Shown piece after piece: positions 8,057 through 15,606 of a DNA stretch of 16,476 nucleotides. The first letter of the stretch is position 1. Every line of letters starts with the position of its first letter. The DNA comes from Candidatus Aegiribacteria sp. (lineage in GTDB: Bacteria; Fermentibacterota; Fermentibacteria; Fermentibacterales; JCC-6). The notes beneath the pieces are model-generated. The model ran no database searches and had not been told where the DNA came from. It was given only the letters and a program-made list of their open reading frames with translations. The DNA is taken from the NCBI GenBank assembly GCA_046498225.1, contig JAWOBF010000127.1:1-16476 (forward strand). Direction: 5' to 3'. A program made the translations under genes and the position numbers.

Positions 8057-10008
8057 AGAGAATAGGAGTGTTCGTCTGCCATTGCGGAATCAACATCGCG
8101 GAGAACGTGGACGTGAAGAAGGTAGCCGAGGAGGCAGGGAAGCTTCCCGGCGTTGTGTACGCGCAGGATTACATCTACATGTGCTCCGAACCGGGCCAGG
8201 CCCTGGTGCGGGAGAAGATAAAGCAGGAGAAGCTTGATGGCGTCATCATCGCGGCCTGCTCGCCCAGCCTGCACGAATCCACCTTCAGAACCGCGGCGGA
8301 AGAGGCGGGGATGAACGCCTGGCAGTGCGAGATAGCCAACATCCGCGAGCAGTGCAGCTGGGTGCATTCCGACCGGGAAAAGGCAACCACCAAGGCTATC
8401 AGGATAGTGAGCACCATGGTGGAGAAGACCAGGCTGAACGAGTCCCTGCAGCCCATCCCGGTTTCCGTAACCAAGAAAGCTCTGGTCATAGGGGGAGGCA
8501 TCGCCGGTATACAGGCCGCCCTGGATATCGCCGATTCGGGCTACCCCGTGATACTGGTGGAGAAGGACTCCTCCATCGGCGGTCACATGGCGCAGCTGTC
8601 CGAGACCTTTCCCACTCTGGACTGCTCCCAGTGCATACTCACACCGAAGATGGTGGCCGCGGGAAAGCATCCCAACATAGACCTGATGACCTACTCCGAA
8701 GTGGAGGAAGTCTCCGGATACGTTGGGAATTTCAACGTGAAGATAAGGCGCAAGGCTCCCTGTGTTGACTGGTCCATATGCACCGGGTGCGGGCTGTGCA
8801 TGGAAAAATGTCCGGCAAAGGTCCCCTCGGAGTTCGACAGAGACCTGTCCACCAGGGGAGCCATCTACATCCCCTTCCCCCAGGCGGTTCCCAACAAGCC
8901 GGTGATAGACAGGGACAACTGCATCTACTTCAAAACCGGTAAATGCCGCCTGTGCGAGAAGACCTGCGAGATAAACGCCATCAAGTTCGACCAGGAGGAC
9001 CGGATAGTGGAGGAAGAGGTCGGGGCCATCATAACCGCCACAGGCTATGAGACCCTGCCGGTGGTGGACCTGAAGGAGTACGGCTCAGGTCAGGTCCCGG
9101 ACGTTATTGACGGACTGGCCTTCGAGAGGCTGCTCTCGGCCTCGGGTCCGACCGGCGGCGAAGTCAGAAGACCCTCGGACGGCAAAGTGCCGAAGGAGGT
9201 GGTCTTCGTCCAGTGCGCCGGCTCCAGGGACCCCGAGAGGTACCAGCCGTACTGCTCCAAGATCTGCTGCATGTACACCACCAAGCACGCCCTCCTTTAC
9301 AGGCACAGGGTGCATGACGGCCAGCCCTACGTCTTCTACATAGACATAAGGACCGGAGGCAAGGGCTACGAGGAGTTCTACCACAACGCCGAGGAGGATG
9401 AGGGCATAATCTACCTTCGGGGCAAGGTGGCCAGGATATTCCGTGACGGTGACAAAACGGTGGTGTGGGGTACGGATACCCTCACCGGCAGGAACGTTGA
9501 AATAGAAGCCGACCTCGTGGTCCTGGCAACGGCGGTTGTCCCCAGGGAAAGCACCGCCGAACTGGTCAAGAAACTGAGGATACAGACCGGGACCAACGGC
9601 TTTCTCTCCGAGGCCCATCCAAAGCTCAGGCCGGTGGAGAGCATCAACAGCGGCTTCTTCATAGCGGGTGTCGCCCAGGGACCCAGGGACATACCCGAAA
9701 CGGTGGCCCAGGCCAGCGGCGCGGCCTGCAAGGTGATATCCCTCTTCTCCAGGGACCATCTGGAGCAGGATCCGGCCATAGCCTGGGTGGACGAGGATCT
9801 CTGCGGCGGCTGCAGGATATGCATATCCGTCTGTCCCTACGATGCCCGGGAGTACGATGAGGAAAAGGGCATAGCTACCGTCAACGAAGCGCTCTGCGAG
9901 GGGTGCGGCTCCTGTGTGGCGGCATGCGCCTGCGGCGCCACCCAGCAGCGGAATCTCTCCGATTCACAGATAAAATCCATGGTAACTGCCAGTTTGGGAG
10001 GTGAATGA
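8053..10008 (+). CDS. hdrA: Heterodisulfide reductase subunit A (FAD, electron-bifurcating type)
   Basis: GVFVCHCGINI, NIREQCSWVH, Rossmann VIGGGIAG, TFPTLDCSQC, inserted ferredoxin domain, FERL, QCAGSRD, CSKICCMYTTKH, HPKLRPV and a C-terminal ferredoxin domain. Confidence 0.96.
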   Translation: MKRIGVFVCHCGINIAENVDVKKVAEEAGKLPGVVYAQDYIYMCSEPGQALVREKIKQEKLDGVIIAACSPSLHESTFRTAAEEAGMNAWQCEIANIREQCSWVHSDREKATTKAIRIVSTMVEKTRLNESLQPIPVSVTKKALVIGGGIAGIQAALDIADSGYPVILVEKDSSIGGHMAQLSETFPTLDCSQCILTPKMVAAGKHPNIDLMTYSEVEEVSGYVGNFNVKIRRKAPCVDWSICTGCGLCMEKCPAKVPSEFDRDLSTRGAIYIPFPQAVPNKPVIDRDNCIYFKTGKCRLCEKTCEINAIKFDQEDRIVEEEVGAIITATGYETLPVVDLKEYGSGQVPDVIDGLAFERLLSASGPTGGEVRRPSDGKVPKEVVFVQCAGSRDPERYQPYCSKICCMYTTKHALLYRHRVHDGQPYVFYIDIRTGGKGYEEFYHNAEEDEGIIYLRGKVARIFRDGDKTVVWGTDTLTGRNVEIEADLVVLATAVVPRESTAELVKKLRIQTGTNGFLSEAHPKLRPVESINSGFFIAGVAQGPRDIPETVAQASGAACKVISLFSRDHLEQDPAIAWVDEDLCGGCRICISVCPYDAREYDEEKGIATVNEALCEGCGSCVAACACGATQQRNLSDSQIKSMVTASLGGE

Positions 10009-10427
10009 TGTTCGAGCCCAGGATCGTCTGTTTCCTATGCACCTGGTGCACCAGCGCCGGCGCCGACCTGGCGGGCACCTCCAGGCTGCAGTACAGGCCA
10101 AACGGTGTCAACATCAGGTTCATGTGTTCAAGCAGGGTGGATCCCGAGCATATTCTCTGGGCCTTCCACGAAGGCGCTGACGGTGTGCTGATAGGGGGTT
10201 GTCACCCGGGAGACTGCCACTACCAGGACGGGAATTACAGGACCCAGGCCCGGGTTGCCCTGCTCAACCGTCTGCTCGATGACCTCGGGGTGGAAAGGTC
10301 CAGGCTGAGGCTGGAATGGATATCCGCCGCGGAGGGAACGAAATTTGCGAAAGTCATGGATGAATTCACCGAGGAGCTGCGTTCCTTGGGACCTATTGAA
10401 CTAGCGGCAAGGGAGATGGCAAAATGA
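10005..10427 (+). CDS. mvhD: Methyl-viologen-reducing hydrogenase delta subunit ([2Fe-2S])
   Basis: CTWC...GADLAG, MCSSRVDP, GADGVLIGGCHPGDCHYQDGN, WISAAEG; ATGA overlap with hdrA. Confidence 0.94.
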   Translation: MMFEPRIVCFLCTWCTSAGADLAGTSRLQYRPNGVNIRFMCSSRVDPEHILWAFHEGADGVLIGGCHPGDCHYQDGNYRTQARVALLNRLLDDLGVERSRLRLEWISAAEGTKFAKVMDEFTEELRSLGPIELAAREMAK

Positions 10428-11167
10428 CAGAACCGTCCGAAAAGCCAATGGACGAAATGGTCCCCATCTTCTTCATGGGGAAGAGGTACGAGGTACCGTC
10501 CAGTCTCACGATCCAGAAAGCCCTGGAGTACGCGGGCTACCAGCTCGTTCGAGGCTGCGGCTGCAGGGGTGGCGTATGCGGCGCCTGCGGCACCGTATAC
10601 AGGATACCCGACAGCTACAAGCTGCAGGTTGGCCTTGCCTGCCAGACGGTGGTACAGGCGGGCATGCATCTGATGATCATGCCCTATTATCCCGTCAACA
10701 GGTCGGACTTCGACATCGAGGAGATGAACGGGACGGGAGGGGAGCTGGCGGCCCTTTACCCGGAAATCTTCAAGTGCATCGGCTGCAACGCATGCACCAT
10801 GGGATGCCCCATGGACATAGACGTCATGCACTACATGGCCCAGGCCATCAGAGGGGATGTTGCCGGAGTTGCGGAAACCTCCTTCGACTGCATCATGTGC
10901 GGACTCTGTGCCTCACGCTGTCCGGCCGAGGAAGTGCAGTTCAACGTGGCCATCCTCGCGAGAAGGCTCAACGCCAGGTACGGGGTTCCCAGAGCCAAAC
11001 ACCTGAAGAAACGGGTGGAGGAGATATCCGAGGGCAAGTTCGAAGAGCCCCTGAGAGAACTCATGGGAAAGTCCAAGGAGGAGCTGAAGGAGATGTACAC
11101 CGCCAGGGAGACGGAGCCGCAGTTCGCGGAGGAAGACTGGACACCTCAGGATGCGAGGTATGTCTGA
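10424..11167 (+). CDS. FrdB/SdhB/TfrB-like iron-sulfur protein ([2Fe-2S] + 2x[4Fe-4S])
   Basis: GCRGGVCGAC...LACQ ([2Fe-2S]); CIGCNACTMGCP and CIMCGLCASRCP (two four-Cys motifs); ATGA overlap with mvhD. Confidence 0.85.
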   Translation: MTEPSEKPMDEMVPIFFMGKRYEVPSSLTIQKALEYAGYQLVRGCGCRGGVCGACGTVYRIPDSYKLQVGLACQTVVQAGMHLMIMPYYPVNRSDFDIEEMNGTGGELAALYPEIFKCIGCNACTMGCPMDIDVMHYMAQAIRGDVAGVAETSFDCIMCGLCASRCPAEEVQFNVAILARRLNARYGVPRAKHLKKRVEEISEGKFEEPLRELMGKSKEELKEMYTARETEPQFAEEDWTPQDARYV

Positions 11168-11197
11168 TGCGCAAAATGATTGGACTGGAGGTCAGCG

Positions 11198-12880
11198 ATG
11201 CCGTATCCTGAATCACTGAAGAAATTGATAGAGAAGGTGGAAGCCACCCGCTCGGCAAGGGTGGAGAGGAAGAAGAACGACCAGGAGTTCCCACCTCTGA
11301 AACTGGAGGAGAGGGAGCCTGTCCTGAAAGCCTTCCATCCGGACTTTATCGAGAACACCCGCAGGGAGATAAAAGTAGGGCCCAGCAAGGGATACAGTGT
11401 CAGCAACGAGCTTGTGGACCTTCTGGAGGCCAGGAGCAGGATGGACCCGGACCTGGTTGATCTTTCGAAGCCGGACTACGAGACCGACGTGCTGGTAATT
11501 GGCGCCGGAGGGGCCGGGACCGCCGCCGCCATACTGGCGGCCGAGAACGGGGCGAAGGTCATGGTGGCCACGAAACTCCGTCACGGGGACGCGAATACCA
11601 TGATGGCCGAAGGCGGCATTCAGGCCGCGGACAAGGTGGGCAAGGACTCACCCTACTACCATTACCTGGACATCCTCGGCGGCGGCCACTTCGTTAACGA
11701 CCCGGAGCTGGTATACACCATGGTCACCCACGCTCCCGACGCCATAAGATGGCTGGAGGGGTTGGGCACGTCCTTCTCCAAGTTCGAGGACGGGACCATG
11801 CAGACCATGCACGGAGGGGGGACCTGCCGCAAGAGAATGCACTACGCCGCGGACATAACCGGGGCGGAGATAATGAAGACCATCCGCGACGAGGCGCGCA
11901 GCCACACGGACATGATAGACGTCATCGAGTTCTGCCCCGCGGTTGAACTGGTCCTGGACGAGAACGGGCGATGCGCCGGGGCGGTTCTCTACAATCTCGA
12001 AACCTCCGAGTACCACTATGTGAAGGCGAAGGCGGTGGTAATAGCTACCGGAGGCAGCGGAAGGCTGCACATACAGGGATTCATGACCACCAATCACTAC
12101 GGCGCCACCGCCGACGGTATCGTGATGGCCTACAGGGCCGGCGTTCCTATCTCCTTCCTTCATACGGTGCAGTACCATCCCACGGGGGTGGTCTTCCCCG
12201 AGCAGGCCGAGGGCATCCTGATAACCGAGAAGTTCAGAGGTGCCGGCGCCAATGTCCTTAATGTCCACGGGGAACAGTTCGTCTACGAGCGGGAGCCCAG
12301 GGACGTGGAGGCCGCCTGCATAATCCGTGAATGCAGTCCGGAAGGCAGGGGGAACGGAGTTCCCACTCCCACCGGCAAGTTCGGGGTCTGGCTGGACTCC
12401 CCGATGATAGATATGCTGAAGGGGGAGGGAACGGTCAGGAAGGAGTTCCCCGGCAAACACATACTCTTCAGGCGGTTCGGGATCGACATATCAGAGGAAC
12501 CGATGCTGATACACCCCACACTTCACTACCAGAACGGGGGCCTGGACATCAACAGCGAGTGCGAGACCAACGTCCCGGGACTGTACGCAGCCGGTGAGGT
12601 AAGCGGCGGTGTTCACGGCGAGAACAGGCTGATGGGCAATTCGCTGCTGGACGTGATAGTGTTCGGCAGGATAGCAGGAATGAACGCGGCGGAATACGTC
12701 CGGCAACATGATGAAACCGGCGCTCCGAATCTCGAACATGTCAGGCGCTACAACGAGGAAGTTGAAGCTGCCGGCATCGAGGAGAAGAGAATAGCTCCCA
12801 TGCTGCTGCCGGACTACAGCAATCCCGAAGTCAGGGAGAAACAGTTGACCAAGGACTACTTCGGAACCCTGGCCAGGTGA
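11198..12880 (+). CDS. Fumarate reductase/succinate dehydrogenase/L-aspartate oxidase-family flavoprotein (TfrA-like, atypical architecture)
   Basis: GGAGGT RBS then ATG 11198. Motifs: DVLVIGAGGAG, MAEGG, IATGG, QYHPTG, LITEKFRG, PRDV, HYQNGG, PGLYAAGE, GVHGENRLMGNSL. Confidence 0.88.
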   Translation: MPYPESLKKLIEKVEATRSARVERKKNDQEFPPLKLEEREPVLKAFHPDFIENTRREIKVGPSKGYSVSNELVDLLEARSRMDPDLVDLSKPDYETDVLVIGAGGAGTAAAILAAENGAKVMVATKLRHGDANTMMAEGGIQAADKVGKDSPYYHYLDILGGGHFVNDPELVYTMVTHAPDAIRWLEGLGTSFSKFEDGTMQTMHGGGTCRKRMHYAADITGAEIMKTIRDEARSHTDMIDVIEFCPAVELVLDENGRCAGAVLYNLETSEYHYVKAKAVVIATGGSGRLHIQGFMTTNHYGATADGIVMAYRAGVPISFLHTVQYHPTGVVFPEQAEGILITEKFRGAGANVLNVHGEQFVYEREPRDVEAACIIRECSPEGRGNGVPTPTGKFGVWLDSPMIDMLKGEGTVRKEFPGKHILFRRFGIDISEEPMLIHPTLHYQNGGLDINSECETNVPGLYAAGEVSGGVHGENRLMGNSLLDVIVFGRIAGMNAAEYVRQHDETGAPNLEHVRRYNEEVEAAGIEEKRIAPMLLPDYSNPEVREKQLTKDYFGTLAR

Positions 12881-12896
12881 AGGGGAAGGAGGATTC

Positions 12897-13868
12897 ATGA
12901 GCAAACCGAAAGTGGCCTTCTACTGGGCCGCCAGCTGCGGGGGATGCGAGATAGCCGTGCTGGACATAGGTGACCGGATCCTTCCCCTCTCCGAGGCGGT
13001 TGAGATAGTCTTCTGGCCCTGCGCCATGGACGTGAAGTACGACGACGTAAGGGCCATGGAGGACGGCGAGATAGACCTGTGCCTCTTCAATGGCGCCATC
13101 AGGAACTCCGAGAACGAACAGATTGCGCATCTTCTCAGGAAAAAATCAAAGATACTGGTTGCATACGGGTCCTGCGCCCACGAGGGATGCATCCCAGGTC
13201 TCGCCAACCTGAAGACCAGGAAGCAAATCCTCAATCGCAACTACCTCGAGATACCCTCACTGGACAATCCGGAAGGCACCATGCCGCAGACCAGATCGGA
13301 AGTGCCGGAAGGCGAGCTGGAGCTTCCCGAGTTCTACGATTCCGTCTATACCCTGGACCAGGTGGTGGACGTGGACTACTACGTGCCCGGATGCCCTCCG
13401 GTGGCCGACCAGACGTGGGCGGTGCTGGAAGCCGTTCTGCAGGGGAACCTGCCGGAGAAGGGAAGTGTTGTAGGGGCGGGTACGAAGATAGTCTGTGACG
13501 ACTGCCCGCTGGAAAAGAAGGAAACCACCATCAAAGGTTTCGTCAGGCCTCACGAGATAGAGCCTGAGCCGGACCGGTGTTTGCTGGAGCAGGGCATATA
13601 CTGCGCGGGAATAGGTACCAGAGCGGGCTGCGAGGCCCTCTGCCCCTCTGTGGGAATGCCCTGCAGGGGCTGCTACGGACCTCCGCCTGGTGTTTTCGAC
13701 CAGGGGGCGAAGATAGTAAGCGCTCTGGGTTCGGTCATAGACTCGCAGGACCCCGAAGAAGTAGAGAAAATAATGGAGCAGATCCCATGCCCGGCGGGAC
13801 TCTTCTACCGTTTCAGCCTGCCCCATTCAATACTCCGGAGGAAGACCACTGATGACTACAAAGATTAG
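12897..13868 (+). CDS. mvhG: [NiFe]-hydrogenase group 3c small subunit
   Basis: WAASCGGCE, GSCAHEGCI, VPGCPP, CDDCP, CLLEQGIYCAG, GCEALCP, PCRGCYGP; AGGAGG RBS. Confidence 0.93.
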   Translation: MSKPKVAFYWAASCGGCEIAVLDIGDRILPLSEAVEIVFWPCAMDVKYDDVRAMEDGEIDLCLFNGAIRNSENEQIAHLLRKKSKILVAYGSCAHEGCIPGLANLKTRKQILNRNYLEIPSLDNPEGTMPQTRSEVPEGELELPEFYDSVYTLDQVVDVDYYVPGCPPVADQTWAVLEAVLQGNLPEKGSVVGAGTKIVCDDCPLEKKETTIKGFVRPHEIEPEPDRCLLEQGIYCAGIGTRAGCEALCPSVGMPCRGCYGPPPGVFDQGAKIVSALGSVIDSQDPEEVEKIMEQIPCPAGLFYRFSLPHSILRRKTTDDYKD

Positions 13869-15315
13869 CATAGATCCCATAACCCGCCTGGAGGGACACG
13901 GGAAGATAGAGATATTCCTGGACGACCGGGGCAACGTGGACAACGTCTACTTCCAGGTCCCGGAACTGCGCGGTTTCGAGACCTTCTGCGAGGGTCACCC
14001 GGTGGAGGAACTGGCCAGGATAACGACCAGGATATGCGGAGTCTGCCCGGAGGCGCACCACATGGCGTCGGCAAAGGCTGCGGACGCCGTCTACGGGGTG
14101 GAGATACCCCCCACCGCCCGGAAACTCCGTGAACTGCTTTACAGCGCTTTCTACGTCACCGACCACGCCACCCACTTCTACATCCTCGGCGGGCCGGATT
14201 TCATAGTCGGCCCGGATTCCGACCCCAAAGTGAGGAACATACTGGGCGTCATCGGCAAGGTGGGCAAGGAAGTAGCCCTCCAGGTGATCAACACCCGCCA
14301 TCGCTGCCACCAGGTAATAAAGACCCTGGGAGGCAAGAGTATACATCCCATCTCCTCCATTCCCGGCGGAGTATCCACCGGCCTCAGCGAAGAGGACCGG
14401 AAGGAGATAGAGGCAACTGCCAGGGATGCCGTGGAATTCGGCAAGTTCAGCCTGAAAGCCTTCGAGGATATCGTCCTGTCCAATAAGACCTACGTGGACA
14501 TGATAAAGCACGACGGGTACAGGCACGACACCTACAACATGGGCACCGTGGACGAGAACAACCACATCAATTTCTACGACGGGATGGTCAGGATAACCGA
14601 CCAGGACGGCAATGAGTTCGCCAAGTTCCATCCGAAGGATTACCTGGACCATATCGCCGAGCGGGTGGAGCCCTGGTCCTACCTGAAATTCCCCTACCTG
14701 AAGAAGGTTGGGTGGAAAGGTTTCGTGGACGGAAAGGACAGCGGTGTCTACAAGGCCACGCCCCTTTCCAGGTGCAACGCCGCCGACGGAATGGCCACAC
14801 CCCTGGCTCAGGAACAGTACGAGAAGATGTACGACACTCTGGGGGGCAAACCGGTGAACGCCACGCTCGCCACACACTGGGCCCGGCTGGTGGAACTCCT
14901 CTACGCCGCAGAGCGGATGCTGGAACTGGCCACAGACCCGGAGATAACTTCCGACAAGTTCAGGGTCATACCCACCGGCACGCCCTCGGAGGGCGTCGGT
15001 CAGGTGGAAGCCCCCAGGGGCACGCTGTTCCACCACTACGTCACCGATGACAAGGGCATTGTAGAGAAGGTCAACCTGATAGTGGGCACCACCAACAACA
15101 ACGCCGCTATCTGCATGTCCCTCAAGAAGGCGGCCCAGACCGTAATAAAGGACGGCAACATAGGAGAGGGAATTCTGAACCTGGTGGAAATGGGCTTCAG
15201 GGCCTACGACCCCTGCTTGGGTTGCGCCACCCATTCGCTGCCGGGATCAATGCCCCTGATAGTTAACGTGCATGACAGCAAAGGTGAGCTCCTGGAGCAG
15301 ATAAGAAGGGACTGA
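13852..15315 (+). CDS. mvhA: [NiFe]-hydrogenase group 3c large subunit
   Basis: IDPITRLEGHG; L1 motif RICGVC; EAPRG; L2 motif RAYDPCLGCATH followed by a cleavable C-terminal extension. All-Cys ligands, no Sec. Confidence 0.95.
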   Translation: MTTKISIDPITRLEGHGKIEIFLDDRGNVDNVYFQVPELRGFETFCEGHPVEELARITTRICGVCPEAHHMASAKAADAVYGVEIPPTARKLRELLYSAFYVTDHATHFYILGGPDFIVGPDSDPKVRNILGVIGKVGKEVALQVINTRHRCHQVIKTLGGKSIHPISSIPGGVSTGLSEEDRKEIEATARDAVEFGKFSLKAFEDIVLSNKTYVDMIKHDGYRHDTYNMGTVDENNHINFYDGMVRITDQDGNEFAKFHPKDYLDHIAERVEPWSYLKFPYLKKVGWKGFVDGKDSGVYKATPLSRCNAADGMATPLAQEQYEKMYDTLGGKPVNATLATHWARLVELLYAAERMLELATDPEITSDKFRVIPTGTPSEGVGQVEAPRGTLFHHYVTDDKGIVEKVNLIVGTTNNNAAICMSLKKAAQTVIKDGNIGEGILNLVEMGFRAYDPCLGCATHSLPGSMPLIVNVHDSKGELLEQIRRD

Positions 15316-15330
15316 GAGCGCTTCCCGCCC

Positions 15331-15358
15331 TTGACAGAAGGCGTATCTTTCCTATAAT
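15331..15358 (+). promoter_or_regulatory. Consensus sigma70 promoter of the tRNA gene
   Basis: TTGACA (15331-15336), 16-bp spacer, TATAAT (15353-15358), followed by a GC-rich discriminator GCGTCC. Typical stable-RNA promoter. Confidence 0.9.
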
Positions 15359-15370
15359 GCGTCCTGCAGA

Positions 15371-15447
<77 letters not shown>

Positions 15448-15456
15448 TATCGTTTG

Positions 15457-15493
15457 GAACACCCGTCTCACTCGAGGCGGGTGTTCTGCTTCT
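15457..15493 (+). terminator. Intrinsic terminator downstream of the tRNA
   Basis: 13-bp stem GAACACCCGTCTC / GAGGCGGGTGTTC (one G-U) with a 4-nt loop, followed by pyrimidine-rich TGCTTCT. Confidence 0.75.
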
Positions 15494-15521
15494 CATAAGG
15501 ACTCACTTGTCATGAATAGAG

Positions 15522-15565
15522 ATTGTAGTAATATTTACTTCAATTGCAGTGAATATTACTGCAAT
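15522..15565. promoter_or_regulatory. Tandem palindromic operator (two 8-7-8 inverted repeats) upstream of the TA operon
   Basis: ATTGTAGT-N7-ACTTCAAT (15522-15544) and ATTGCAGT-N7-ACTGCAAT (15543-15565). The whole 44 bp is also a palindrome (19/22 matches). Confidence 0.7.
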
Positions 15566-15606
15566 ACAGACGTAAGCAACATCGATTTCCATGCGAATGG
15601 AGTAAG

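Noticed and set aside
11198..12880. Assigning nadB, sdhA, frdA or aprA as gene symbol
   Set aside because: Lacks the NadB EGGH motif, the SdhA/FrdA flavinylation His and the C-terminal domain; no nadA/nadC, anchor or aprB context.
13813..15234. 473-aa antisense ORF opposite mvhA
   Set aside because: Shadow ORF caused by high GC3 codon bias; no motifs, and the + strand gene is unambiguous.
8053..15315. Selenocysteine recoding in HdrA, MvhD or MvhA
   Set aside because: All three ORFs are uninterrupted, with Cys codons at the usual Sec positions (e.g. DPCLGC, GCHPGDCHY); no in-frame TGA.
15522..15565. CRISPR repeat or IS terminal inverted repeat interpretation of the palindrome
   Set aside because: Only two adjacent units, with no spacers, cas genes or transposase in the window; an operator is the simpler explanation.
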